NCBI GenBank assembly: GCA_964252035.1 | Contig: OZ176211.1 | From: Podarcis erhardii | Lineage: Eukaryota | DNA length: 64,000 nucleotides | Reading direction: 5' to 3' (one strand) | Shown here: positions 13,404 through 26,784 of the stretch, piece by piece | Layout: every line of letters begins with the position of its first letter | Position numbering within the stretch: the stretch's first letter is position 1 | Notes under the pieces: model-generated | Seen by the model: the letters and a program-made list of their open reading frames with translations, nothing else | What the model was told of the DNA's origin: nothing | Databases searched by the model: none | Position numbers and translations under genes: made by a program

Positions 13404-16332
13404 GCTGCACCGAGCCATACGTTTTAGATCTCTCTTCTTTGTGCTCTAGGACTTAGGGCTCGTTGGTTATCTTCCTTCCTGCCCACACCTACAAAGCAGA
13501 AATCAAAGATATGTCAGATGTTAACAAGAGCCAGCTAGCTTTCCCACTATCTCCTTTTAAGTATTATAAACTATAGAAAATTTCCCCAAATAAGACCACT
13601 CGCTTGATGCATCTTCCCCTAAAACAAATTTAGTGAAGCCAAACTAATTATATGAGGCTGCCTTTGCATTGTTTATTTGGTGTCTGATTTTCTGGCCTAC
13701 CATACCAAGTAGTTTGAAGGATATTCCAAAGATATCATGTGCGAAATGCTCAAATGCATGTAAGGAATGCATAAAAAATATATTATATGCGTAAGATTAC
13801 CAGTGTCGCATCAGTATAAACAATTGTTCCAGAATAAGTGTGTACCACCCTCTATTTTGACATTCACAATCACCTGCACAGATTGACATCCTCACTTCAT
13901 ATGAGTGCAGCGAAGTGTTGGGGAAGATCCACTCCTTTTGCTAAATTTAACCACTCTGATTTTGAGTGTAACAAGCTAGTTAACATGCATTTATCACACT
14001 AATCGGTGTTAAATTCTCTTGGGTATTCTGAGGATAACTGATGCTATAAAGCAAATATCTTTTTTTTTTTTTTTTGGGTGAGGGGGGGTCTGTTCAGTGC
14101 AGAAACACTGTAAAAACCCTGGGGTTTTCAGAATTCCAACTCACTAAAGAGTGTTAATCTAAAGTGGGAAACCACCCCATTCCCTCTAACACCCACATGG
14201 GCAATCCAAGGCCCAAATACACAGCACTAGTCACCTGGGGAAGGTGGGAGGCATGATGGGCCATTTAAAGAAGCTCACGCTGAGATGGGGGAGAGGGAAT
14301 GTGAATGAGTGTGATAAAGGCTGTGTTTCTTTTTATGAGTGAGCTGGGGTGGGGCTGGGTGAGCTGGGAGACCAGAGGCCTTGCAGAGTGTGCTAGTGCT
14401 GTAATGAGGACAAGACTTGGGCTACTTCAACGTCCTCTTGGAAAGCTCACCACTGAAACATGCAAATTAAGCGTGCCAAATTTGCATATTTATAATTGAC
14501 AATTACGCTGGCCAGGTTTTTGAGGCTGAGATACAGAAAGCGCTAACAGAGCCGTCCACCTGTTGCCTAAATGCTGCTGAATGATAAAACCCAACCCTGC
14601 TAATGAAGTAAGGAATGAATAGCAAACACCCCCATTGGCATGCACATTATTGCTCATATAAAAAAAGTAATCAGAAATTTGGCTGCACTGAGTTAGCTGA
14701 CAATGCAAGGGAGCTCTTGAGCTTATTTTTACACTGGTGGAGCAAAGCTGCATTTCCAAAGCTGAGGAGTATATAAACCACAGAAAATCAATTCCCACTT
14801 TCTCTGACTCCACCCCACCTCCAATCTTATGTCCATACTTTTTAAAAAAATGCAAATCTGTGGGTTTTGGTTGAAAGGACAAATGTACATATTTCTTATG
14901 TCTGGTCTGCTGACTTTATATAAATTGAAATGGCTGTAACGGGAAGCATAAGGATAATGCAATCCTATATAAGTATGGTAGGAAGTAAGTCCCACTAGCT
15001 TACTCCCAGGTAAGTGGACAAAGGATTGTAGCCTGAATTTAACTGTGTGTGTTTTGTTTGCAGTTTTATTTGCGATGCTTTTTTCTTGAGAGAAAAGTCA
15101 TTTGTTAAGAAAATGCTTCCTAGAAAATCAAGTAACCCTGAAAAAAAATAGCACATTTTATTTTACTAGTATTTTGCTCTCACCCAGAAAAAGAAATGAT
15201 TTGGAAAACAAATTTACATGTGCATTGGCTAGAACAGTCATTGAAGGGAAATAGCTGCTTCTGAGTTGTTTGTGTGGTACCGGCTATTTTTTTTGTTGGC
15301 TTTTCTATGCTGCACAAGATTGACTGCACCAAAGAAGTTTGGCAGGATTAATCTGCAGAAGATAGAAAGACGACTGAATTAATAGGCTATTACCAAAGAA
15401 GGCGACTCTATTTGCATGAAATATTAATAGCACTAATAAACTTCTGGCAGATGAATTCCAGAGCATATGGATGGCATTTGTAGCCACGATTGCTCCAGAA
15501 AATGAAAACCAGAGAATAGGTGACAGGGTATCGTTCACCACGACCAATTACAATTAAATTGTTAGGTGGTTTGAGAGTTGCAAGCTTATGAATTGGCTGG
15601 GTCCTGTTTGGACATTTCTCCCACCTAAAGGGATTCTGCTTCAGAAGAGAGTAAGCTTGTGCAGGTCTTCCCATCCTCTTCATGGTGGAAAACAGTAAAC
15701 TTCTGAATGGGAGATCCTGTGGTTAAAATATCGCTCAAATTTACCTGCTCCTCCTTCCTTGTGATGGAAGAATTAAGGGGGGGGGGAGTATGCGGAGTGT
15801 GAAGACAAAAGACATGGATTTGCAAACTTCCAAATCAAAGAGATCCATTTTTCAAGGAGTTTCAATTTCCTGTCCACTAAGCCGCCTTGTTGAGACGTCA
15901 AGCTAAATCATAGGTCGCCAAGCTTTTTGGAATATGGGCACATTTGCAAAAGTACAGTGGGCACAAATCATAAAACAGCTGCTATGGGGTGTGTGTGTGT
16001 GTCACAACTCAAAATGGCTACCACAAACAAGAGTGGGAAAAAATTACAGGACTATAGGATGGTGTGGACAGGCTCCCCCATCCCCACTCCACAATAAATG
16101 GAAAAAGGTTGCCTACATTATCCATGGCTATGCTTACTCCATTCTTTTCTCAATGGGAGGGAGGCTGGGAGTCATCCAGTGAAATGTGGGCATGTTTTAA
16201 GGGGATGTTTTTGGTGTAGCAGAGATTAAGCCAGTGCAAATAGGAGCTGAGCAGGAAGAGCAAGCACCCTCTCGTGCACTGTTGATGTTTGAGGGGATAT
16301 TTATTGAGATCCTTCAGAAGTGCCAGAGGGTA

Positions 16333-16873
16333 TAGAAAGGACTGACATAACCCGAGACCAGGAAAAAGGGACGTTGGATAAAAATAGAGGGAAAAAGAGA
16401 ATTTCTTTTTATATTTGGAATTAGTGTAATACTAATGAAATATCAGGGAATATGCTAGAAAGGAACTAATTGGCTTTAGTAGAAAGGTTTGAAGGAGTTA
16501 TGTATAAATATGGTTTAAACTTTGAAATTTTATGGTTTTTAAGGTAAGATATGGTTAAAGAAATTAACGGCAAATTGAATAATAGAATATTGTTAAGATA
16601 AATTATTTAAATAAAAATTGGGAAGCATGGGAAGAATTTGCTGAAATAATGAATTAAGTTAGAATACAAAAAGGGAGGTGTGAGGAGGTCCAAGAAACAA
16701 GTAAATGAAAGGATGTAATTTGGATTTGTAGTTTTCTTTTTATCTATGTTTTTTAATATTTTTTCTCTTTTGTTGTTGTATTTTCCTGATTTTTTTTCTT
16801 TTTCTTTTTTAATCCTTTTTTATATGTTTATGTATTTTTGAAAATTTGAATAAATATCATTAAAAAAAAAAAA
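16333..16873 (+). mobile_element. 5'-truncated L1 3' end (mostly UTR) with poly(A)
   Basis: Ends AATAAA...poly(A). 17-bp TSD AGAAGTGCCAGAGGGTA at 16316-16332 and 16874-16890. Shares the GGGAGGTGTGAGGAGGTCC-like UTR motif with the 11.5-kb copy. Confidence 0.88.
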
Positions 16874-17301
16874 AGAAGTGCCAGAGGGTACTGTCAGGCA
16901 CCCTGGCACTTGCCATGTTGGTGACCATAGTTTAGCATGTGGATTGGAGAACCTGTGGTCTCCAGATGTTGCTGGACTCCAACCAGGTCAGGGGTTGATT
17001 CAAGCTGTGATCCAGCAACAACTGGAAGGCCACAAGTTCATCAACATTGGTTGTGCGACACAAATGACCCAGGCAATTCTTGGCCTCCTCAATTCAGCCC
17101 CAAGGACTGATGTTAACGCCAACATTAGTTGTGAAAGAAGTAAAATTGAAAGTGCACAGATGGAGGGTTGCAGTGTGCGAGTTTACCTAGGCTCCTTCAC
17201 ATCGTACAAATGATTTTTAGGAAGACATCTAAACGCGGTTAGTGACACATTCCAGATTTGCTGCTGTCAGATGGGAAGTGTAAGGGACGCTAAAGCATGT
17301 A

Positions 17302-17452
17302 CAGAGGTACCTCAGTTTTTGAACACAATCCACTCTGGAAGACCGTTCGACTTCTGAAACGTTCGTAAACTGAAGCAGTTACTTCTGAGTTTTCGGTGTT
17401 CGAAAACCGAAATGTTTGACTTCCGAGACATTCGAAAACCGAGGTACCACTG
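17302..17452. mobile_element. Short Tc1/pogo MITE
   Basis: TA|CAGAGGTACCTC ... GAGGTACCACTG|TA. Confidence 0.85.
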
Positions 17453-19041
17453 TACAAGCTTGGTACTGGTTACCTAGAGTGGTTTGAGACGAATGGGTGG
17501 TTTGGACACAATTGTCTGGATTTGATTCAATTGCAATTCTCTCTCTTTCTTCCAAAGCAAAGAGTCTAACTGAAAGCAGAGGAAGGCAGCCTAACAGGCA
17601 GCTAGGTATATGATAAATTTATCTTGAATTTGTATAGATAGATAATCATAATCAGCAACTTCATTAACCAAGTAAGACTCAATTCTGCACTAATAGTTCA
17701 CTCTGGATTTTGAAAGGTAGAAAAAGGTGCCAAAGGCAAAATTCCTTGAAAATTAAAATTAATTTCTCCCTGCCTCGTCTAAAACATAAATATATTCACC
17801 ACCCTAGGTAGTATGCTGTATCCAAGCAACCTAACTGTGGCCAGTCTTTGGAATAGATGAAGCTTTTCACCAAAAATTCATCATGACAGTCCGTACAGTG
17901 AGCGAAGAGTGATTTGCATCGGTCCCCGTTAGCCTTACATTTTGAGCAGCATTTTTTTTTAGCCTAAGTAAACAAGTAATTCCTCCCCAAGCCAAATGTC
18001 ACAATTAACCTACCCTTTTATTCCCCCCCCAAAAAAAACTTAGTGCCTCATGAAATATGTACTACCCTTTGAGCAATGTCTGTCACATTTGTTTGGTCAA
18101 GTATCTCTCATCCTAGTCATTTTTGCTGCAGCTCCTTTTAATTTTCCTGCCTGATAATACGCGTGTATAAGAGGCATACTCAGAGTACCCCCACTTGACC
18201 CAAAATACAGCGTACTGCTGGTACAAATATATCCTTACTATTTTATAAGGAACAGCCATTTACCAAAACAGAGCAGAAAAGTTATCAGCCCTATTCGTAT
18301 GCACACAAATACTTTATTTCTTTGGTAACAGTGGCCTAATAATTCTGGCCCCTCTTGTCTGTGATATCTTTATCCTCCACAGGTTAATCCTGCCAAATTT
18401 CTTAGCGACAGTGTATGTCACACAGTGTATAATATCCAACAATGCAATTTTGCTAATCCTGTTTTATGAGCTTTGTGGCCCTGTCTGGTCAATCCAATAG
18501 TCGTTAAAAATCTCATGGAAGGTTTTTGGCAAGATCTCTTTTTCCTACGTAGCTTGAATTAAGTGGTTTAAGAGCCAAACATTGTACTTGAACATCTGCC
18601 AATGTCCTTCAGACACAGAATGTCAAGATACTTAATTAAATAGGCCTCCAAACTCTTTCAGACACCCCACCTTACCCAGTCAGCTCCAACATACTAAGTA
18701 TAAGTGTGTTTATATAGATATATATCAGTTCAATCTTTTTCAGTACATTCTCCACACAACACAAACGGTCAAGTCGCGGCACATTCATGGCCCATTATCT
18801 TAGAAACAGATTAAAAACAAACATGTAAAGACGGTCTCATTAACAGTCCTTTTGTTGTCTTGTTTACCATTTAGTGGACTCATTACCATTAATTATTAGC
18901 AGAGGAAACGAGCAACACAGGAATGTTATTCTTTCCGGGCAAAATTTACATGTGTAAAGAATATCCGGGTTCTGTGCCATATTTCCATCCAGTTTCCTGA
19001 ACAAACTGCACAAATCTTCAACCACCGCCACAACTAAAAGG

Positions 19042-19120
19042 ACAGGGTGATTCATAATGAAGTATACAGTTTCCATTCACTATAAATGGAAACGGTATAC
19101 TTCATTATGAATCACCCTGT
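19042..19120. repeat. 79-bp hairpin, probably a miniature Tc1/mariner element made of two TIRs
   Basis: 36-bp arms (19042-19077, 19085-19120) with one mismatch and a 7-nt loop CACTATA. CAGGGTG terminus with TA on the right flank. Confidence 0.8.
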
Positions 19121-19588
19121 ATAGATCTGCTGCATGGAAGTGGGCAGCTGTCCCCCTAAATCAAGTAAATAAATAAACATACTTAACTATAAGTAAAAAT
19201 AATCAGAGTATTTGTAATTGAAATGCTCACTGAGGTCACCTGGATGTGGCGCATTCTAGCAGTGCAACTGGCAACCAGCTGATCAGCACGCATGGCTTCC
19301 ACAAACTGACCAATTGTGTCGCAGGTAGCTCAGTTTTGGAACAGGTTAGGTGGGTCTCCTACTCCCCCCCCCCAATAAATCCTGGCTTCACCCATGATAT
19401 GCCTGGACTGTCAAGTTACCTGCAAAGGCCCTTCTCTGTGTGCCCCCACCAAAGGAGTGGGTGCAGCCATGAGGGAGCAGGCCCCATCTGCAGAATGCCC
19501 TCTTCAAGAAGGCTAGCTGGCCCCCACATTGTGACATTTTCACCGCCAGATTAAGACATTTTTATTTTCCCAGTCTACTCAGCTTTCA

Positions 19589-19970
19589 GGGACACGGGTG
19601 GCGCTGTGGTCTAAACCACTGAGCCTAGGGCTTGCCGATTGGAAGGTTGGCGGTTCAAATCCCTACGATGGGGTGAGCTCCCATTGCTCTGTTCCAGCTC
19701 CTGCCAACCTAGCACTTCAAAAGCACCTCAAAGTACAAGTTGATAAATAGGTACCACTCTGGTGGGAAGGTAAACGGCGTTTCCGTGCGCTGCTCTTGTT
19801 TCAGTGTCCCATTGTGCCAGAAGCGGCTTAGTCATGCTGGCCACATGACCCAGAAAAACTGTCTGCGGACATACGCTGGCTCCCTCGGCCTGTAAAGCGA
19901 GATGAGCGCTGCAACCCCAAAGTCGTTCGCGACTGGACTTAACTGTCAGGGGTCTTTTACCTTTACCTTT
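19589..19970 (+). mobile_element. Full-length Sauria-type SINE
   Basis: tRNA-like head (GGTGGCGCTGTGG...GGTTCAAATCC), conserved body and TTTACCTTTACCTTT tail. TCAGCTTTC repeated on both flanks. Confidence 0.92.
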
Positions 19971-20821
19971 ATTCAGCTTTCTGGTGCTTTTAGCGTTCTT
20001 CACACTACTGTTTCTTTTTTTTATTGCTGGCTTTATTCTGATGCTCTTTTAACTGTTCTTAAGATTTTACATTGATGCCTTTTTTATGGATTTAACCTCC
20101 CTTTGAGAGTCGTCCAGAGTACCTTTCGCAGTATAGAAAAGGTGCAAATGAACACATAAAAACATTGGTGTTCGGATGCTAGTTGCCACACCAACCATTT
20201 CTGAATGCGAAACACTAAACGGAGGAAGTGCCTCTTCCTTCTTCTCCAGTGTGACCTTATGTCATGGACTAATAAACTGCCTGTATATTTAAATTATACT
20301 TAAATAATAATAAATAATTCAGGTTTTCCAGGCACAATAGTTGTGTTGTGTGTACACACACACACACACACACACCAAGCTACATTTTCCTAATGTTACC
20401 TTATCCTGGGTGTAAACTAGTGCAGAAAAACTTGATTGATTGAATGGTTCATAAATTGCAGTTGAAACTGTGAACTGTAAATGGCATGTTACCTCCCCTA
20501 TGGCAGGATGTTGGCACAGGATACTGCAGCTGATAGCACTCTCAATCCAGGCAATGAATTTCACATTATTTCATCTTGTTAAGAAATATACCTCCTTTAA
20601 ATATCCTCATTTTTTAAAAAACTCAGCCGGTAATTTAAACTGGCAGAACCGAGGCATAGAAAGGTTTTAATTTGTTTAACAGCGGAAGTACTATTCTCTT
20701 CCCCACTTTTATACGGTTGGATATTCTTTGTGGAGGTTTATATTGACAGACTAAGAAATACTGATCTATTTTGGGCTTTGATGATGCCTATTTTCTTTCC
20801 TATCCCCTATTTTTTTAAAAA

Positions 20822-20882
<61 letters not shown>
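20822..20882. repeat. Compound microsatellite (AAT)n(TAG)n
   Basis: Read directly from the sequence. Confidence 0.95.
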
Positions 20883-21526
20883 TTTTGAGGAATTTTAGTA
20901 ACAAGTGGGTGACTTGTTTAGTAAAGTTTTTGATGCAGCCTATTGCCAATTATTATCCTGCTCAGTTCCTACAAGTCAGAATGTAGAGCCCTATTTCCAT
21001 ATCTCATCAATCTTCACATTCTCTTTGTGAGGATCAGCCATTTCTAAGCTCACCACCCACCCCTGCTTTGTTTGCTTAATGCAAATTGTACACCCTCTGA
21101 TCACTGGTTCCTACTCAAGATGGCTAGATTACCTGCAGTATCAAAAGCAGTCATGCCTCTGAATGCCAGTTGCTGGGGACATGAGGGGGGGGGGAGTGGT
21201 TTCTGCAGATTTTTCCATGCTCTGAGAAAAGACGGAAGAAGCAGGATTGCAATGATTGTATGACAGCAACCTGTGGATGTGAGTGAACAATTGCACATCA
21301 AATGCTGTGAAAACACCCCTTGTCCAACATATTCTTAATTGGGATGCAGAATTATTTAAAAAAATCACCTCGGAATTTAGCATCCAACTGCAATGTGAAT
21401 CATGCAACAACTTCAGCGTTGGCTTGATGGATCTGAAGGATCTCTGTGAAGACCAGCACTCTTGACTCCCACAGTCAGTTGCTTCTAGGAAGCTTGTAAA
21501 CAGGACGGGTTAGGCACAGTCTAGCC

Positions 21527-21857
21527 CAGGGGTCTGCAACCTTTAAAACAAAAAGAGCCACTTGGACCCGTTTCCGAAGGAAAAAAAACTGGGAGCCGCA
21601 AAACCATTGCGACATTTAAAACAAATATATCTCCAGAGCCGCGATCTGATAGCGGGCGGGAAGGTGACGTCGGGACGGTGCGTGACTAACGCACGCACCG
21701 CCCCCATGCGACGTCACAGCCAGTACAGCGCCCGCCACAGTGGGGAGTGTCGGGGCGCACAATGCGCCTCCTCCCCTCGCTAGTATCCGCCCCGGAGCCG
21801 CGGCAAAGGTGTAAAAGAGCCACATGCGGCTCCGGAGCCGCGGGTTGCAGACCCCTG
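21527..21857. mobile_element. CpG-rich non-autonomous hAT element (family B)
   Basis: TIR CAGGGGTCTGCAACC / GGTTGCAGACCCCTG and a perfect 8-bp TSD GTCTAGCC (21519-21526, 21858-21865). Confidence 0.93.
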
Positions 21858-21865
21858 GTCTAGCC

Positions 21866-22117
21866 CATGGGTAGGCAAACTTAGGCCTGGGGGCCGGATC
21901 TGGCCCAAACGCTTTCTAAATCCGGCCCGCAGACAGCCCGGGAATCAGCGTGTTTTTACATGAGTAGAATGTGTCCTTTTATATAAAATGCATCTCTGGG
22001 TTATTTGTGGGGCATAGGAATTTGTTCATTTCCCCCCCTTCAAAATATAGTCCGGCCCCCCACAAGGTTTGAGGGACAGTGGACCGGCCCCCTGCTGAAA
22101 AAGTTTGCTGACCCCTG
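21866..22117 (+). mobile_element. hAT MITE (family A) abutting the family B element
   Basis: Homologous to 8457-8709. The left flank is GTCTAGCC and the right flank a degenerate GTAGCC. Confidence 0.88.
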
Positions 22118-25100
22118 GTAGCCTCTAAACTTAAGATCTTCTGTTCTTAGCCACAATGGCTAATGACTATTGTAGACACAACTTCCTTGAAGTATGTTGG
22201 AATCTGGGTGTCCTTCATTCTATTATCTGAGTCAAGATTTTCCAACGAATTACTGAAAATATATAGAGATTCTTGCTAAAGCAACTTACAGTGGAATAAT
22301 AGTAACAGTTGTTGCTATTATTCAGGGTACAAATCATTCAAAATATCCGTATTCTCTTTCCTAAGAGGAAACACAGGGGATGAGTGCCACCACCCACAAG
22401 GATTGTGGCCCAAACAGGGCCACTGAGAAACAAGAGGGAAATACCAGAATGCTTGTGATAATTTCCAAGGGCTGCAGAAATGCAACAAATCTAACCGGGG
22501 TGGGAAGACTCCTCCCAAAATAGCCTAATCAGGACTGAGCATGTTCAGCAGTCCAAGAATGGAGAGTGATAGCTGGAAAAGAAAAGCAAAATGGGAAGCG
22601 AACAGTTGGCTAGAAAATGAGTGCTCTGTTTAGAAGGAAGCACACTCTGCAAGAGTTTCAGGTCCCACTTGTCATTTCTGTACTATAAAATACCAGAGGT
22701 GATGGAGAAAGGTTAAAACGGGCATTTTCTCTTACACTCTTTCACTACCTGAAAGAGCAATGCTATGAACTGACCAAGCCCATCCATGCACCCATTGAAT
22801 CATTGGCATTTACTGCCTGGTATAAAAGGAGAAAATGAGTTCTGCCTTTGTCTGCTGCTTCTCAGCCACAGGCGGCTAGTTTCAGACAGCGGATCAATGC
22901 ACCGTTCTTCAGGCGCCAAGGGAGTCTGATATAAGGAAACTTACGTAGAGGCTCCACAAAGTGACAACCGCCTCAAGCTGTCAGATCAAGTCCTCCTCCT
23001 CCTTGTCGCCCTGCGTCTAAATGGCCGTCATAAAATACGTTGCATTTGCCTGCCAGCCAGCCATATTGGTTTTGCATGCACTCTCTGCTAATTATAATGA
23101 GGAATAATTAAGCTATTTGCTAAATTAGCAGTTCTCGCCCTATAGCCTTGTGGCTGGGCAGAGGTCCACGGAGAGGGTTTGCCACGCTACCTTGGTGAGA
23201 ATTTGTGCTGACAGAACAGTCCATTCGTCTTTGCGTCTTTAGACAGCTGCGCTTACCTAGCAGAATGTAAACATCTTTGAACTTTGCTTACTGGATAAAA
23301 TGAAGCATTAGTTTCCTCCTGCATTTCCTCCTGCAAGATCAATCATATATATAGGCTAGACACAGCATCCCTGTGTTTGTAATTAATCTCGTAAAGGCAG
23401 AACATCTCTGGATCGATTGCTTGCTATATTTGTCTGCAGCCTTCGAGAGGAAAAAGGGAATCGAGGGAAAGATATAAGCAGTGAGAGTAATAATCACTTC
23501 TGATCTGGATATGAAACACGCATGTAGGCAATCTATACTATAGACATACAAAACAGGAATATGCCATTGTGTCAGCTGATTCATTGCTGGAGTTGTCATT
23601 TAATAAAAAAAATTAAGCTTCTAGTTCTCATATGGGAAGTTGGGATTATTTCTAGGTATGCCAACGGAGATAAACTGATCACAGAAAGGTTAAAGGTTTT
23701 GCCTTGATATACTCTGCAAATGACATGCAATAGGGTTTTGAGCTGGAAAGTTCTTGATTTGTTTTTGCCTTGTGCTACTAAATTTCAAACCAAATAATCT
23801 AAATTACTGTAAACATCCACGAATAGAAGAGCCTGTAGATAAAACATTTGCTTTTCAAATCTGTAAGGAATCAAACCCAGTTTTGTGCAAGGATTATTAT
23901 GCTGTACAAATATTTAAAATTTGCCATTTGTGGGGGAAATGCCTGAAAATTAAGAGAAAGAAAAGGGAACCTTGTAGAAAATGTGGCTTGTTTTGCTTTC
24001 TGTTAATGTTCTTTCCTTATGATACTTGGTGGCAGTAAAGAAAGTGGACAAGATGTCGATTATTAGGGTAAAGTTGAACAATTTTAGAAACATGAAGGGA
24101 ATACTTGGACAATCGTATTCAAGAATTACAGGATGTACAACTGTTCATGAGCCGCTTCAGGCTATGCATATATTTATGAATATACAATCCTTCTTTTGAA
24201 ATGGCACTGTGCTGTTCGATTCACAAGAGAGTTACAATAAATGCTTAATGCTGAAATGAATTCAGTGATCCCCTCCTCCGTGAATTAAACGGCAGAAAGA
24301 CTCAAAACTGTTTTAACACATCAGAATATAGAGAGATCAGACTCTCACAATGCAGCTCTATAAATGTCTACTCAGAAGTAAGTCCAATAGAGCTCAATGG
24401 AGCTTACTCCCTGGGCACAGGATTGCAAATGCAGTCTCTTCCCCACAAATCAACTCTTGAGTGCACTTTTCACTGCAGAATTCACACAGAAAAAGACTGC
24501 ACTGTAAGTCTATTTGATATCATAATGTGCCTGGTCACAAATAACCTCCCCAAATTTCAGCCACTTATTATTTTTAGGTTTTCTTTCTGTATACCAGCAA
24601 GCATCCCCCCAAATTCCAACCAAATTATTTTATTTGGGAGGGTGGTTTTTTCTTTTATTTTTTCTATTTACCGGTACCTCTTGCAATTTGTTGGGGCAAA
24701 GATTTTCCAACAAAAGTGATCCAAAGAAGCAGGTCTAAGTGCCCAATCATAATTTTCTTTCTGAAAACCCAAAATGCTTTTTTTTATAGATCCCTGCACA
24801 CTTGGGGCACATTTTTTTTTAAACCCACCCCCCCAATGAGGAAACTTTTACAAGCAAAAGCTGATCCAGGGAAGCGAATTAAGTTCCCTTCTTCTAACAC
24901 GACTTTTGTTTTGGGACACTTAACTACTAACATAATACACTGGAATTTGATTTGGTATAGTAACTCCTCATCCCAAAAATTCCAGGGTTGTTGTTTTTTT
25001 TGGGGGGGGGGGTTGGCAGTCAATTTTGAAAGCTTGGTGCTAACGTTTGGTGCTAAAGGGCTGATTCTCACAATGGGCTTTCTCTAGACTTTCTTCCATG

Positions 25101-25462
25101 CTGTCTTAGGAATGCTGAGTTTCCATTAGATTTTTGGATGTTACTGTAACTCCAGTAATGACCTGTGCAGTGTCTTCTGAGAAGCTCATCTGGCTATGTA
25201 CTTTGAAAGGCAACAATTCATGGCTTTCACACAATCAGCTGAACACACATTAGCCTGAATTAAAATCAACAGTGCTCATATATTAGAAAGTTATAGTCCG
25301 ATATTTACATCATATCAGATACTTCAACACAAATTATGTTTTCTTTTGATCATGATTGCTACTTTGGGAAAGTGAAGTATGCTATATTGAGGATGGTAAT
25401 ACTGTATTCAAACAGCTTAAAAATGTTAATATATAGTTTTTAGTTGTTGTTTTACTCAAGCC

Positions 25463-25640
25463 CAGTGCTTTTTTTTTCTTAAAAAAATGTTTAGGGGTAC
25501 TTTCATTTTGACTCAAGAAAATCACCATTTTATAGTTCAAATTGAGAAAAATAAATACAGTAAATGGATAAAAGTACAAAGATTTACAAAATGTTTAGGG
25601 ATATGCGTACCCCTGCACCCCCCCCCCGAAAAACACACTG
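25463..25640. mobile_element. Short hAT-like MITE
   Basis: Termini CAGTGCTTTTTT / AAAAACACACTG and a near-perfect 8-bp TSD CTCAAGCC/ATCAAGCC. Confidence 0.75.
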
Positions 25641-26546
25641 ATCAAGCCTATATTCAACTTACTTCAGCATATAATACACTTAGGATTTTTATGAAAATGG
25701 ATTTTTAACTGAATAATATTAGCCAATCACCCAACAGTACGAAACCATTATATGCTTGCATAAGCTATAAAATGCAAATATTCAGAACATGAATTTTCAC
25801 CATTATTCTTAAATGAAAGGCTAGACAATTTTAAAATGGCCATCCACACAAAACATTATCAATTTATTTTGCACAATCTGCACATGGATGAACATAGGAA
25901 ACAGCCTTTGAGCAGCAATACTTGTTCCCTTCGGAAAATGCATGGATTTTTTTTTTTTTTTTAATGCCATTGTTTCCAAAGCATATGCTAAAGACAACTA
26001 GATTTGGGCAATCTTTGTTGGAGAAAATACTTGCAGAACCCTAATAGCGAGTCTGGCTGGTATCTTAAAATATATAAAAAAAGTCAATGGCCTTTCTGCC
26101 TGTTCATTGTTCAGAGAAATTACTAACTAAATCAAGGGACAAACCACTGGTCTGAATCTTTCTGCATCTATTAATCAGTTCCCTGTGCAGCAGCCTCCTT
26201 GTGTCTGCGTACAATCAGACGACAGAGGTGCTGTCTCCGGACTGTTCACGCAGACACATAAGCTGAAATGACAGACTGTTCTAGAATATCATTAAGAAGC
26301 CTGTTCCAGGGCTCTGTGCCCTCAGTGGCACAGAGAAATGGGTCACTTTGAGCAAATAAATACCCTTAAATCTAGCTTTTTCTACGGCATCACTAGGAGG
26401 GGAGGGAAAACCTTTGGAATGTCTTTGTGCAGATTTCATGAAGTTTGATCTCTGCATTCTTATAAAAGTCTCCTTGCTGTCTGTTGTCAGTTGCTTCCTG
26501 TCTGTGTAAAGGGAAAGGGGGAGAAGGGATTTATTTTTTGCCCATA

Positions 26547-26782
26547 CAGTGGTACCTCGGGTTACATACACTTCAGGTTACATACACTTCAGGTTACAGA
26601 CTCCGCTAACCCAGAAATAGTGCTTCAGGTTAAGAACTTTGCTTCATGATAAGAACAGGGCTCCGGTGGCGCGGTGGCAGTGGGAGGCCCCATTAGCTAA
26701 AGTGGTGCTTCAAGTTAAGAACAGTTTCAGGTTAAGTATGGACCTCTGGAATGAATTAAGTACCTAACCGGAGGTACCACTG
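26547..26782. mobile_element. Tc1/pogo MITE, first of a tandem pair
   Basis: TA|CAGTGGTACCTCGG ... GAGGTACCACTG|TA. Confidence 0.92.
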
Positions 26783-26784
26783 TA

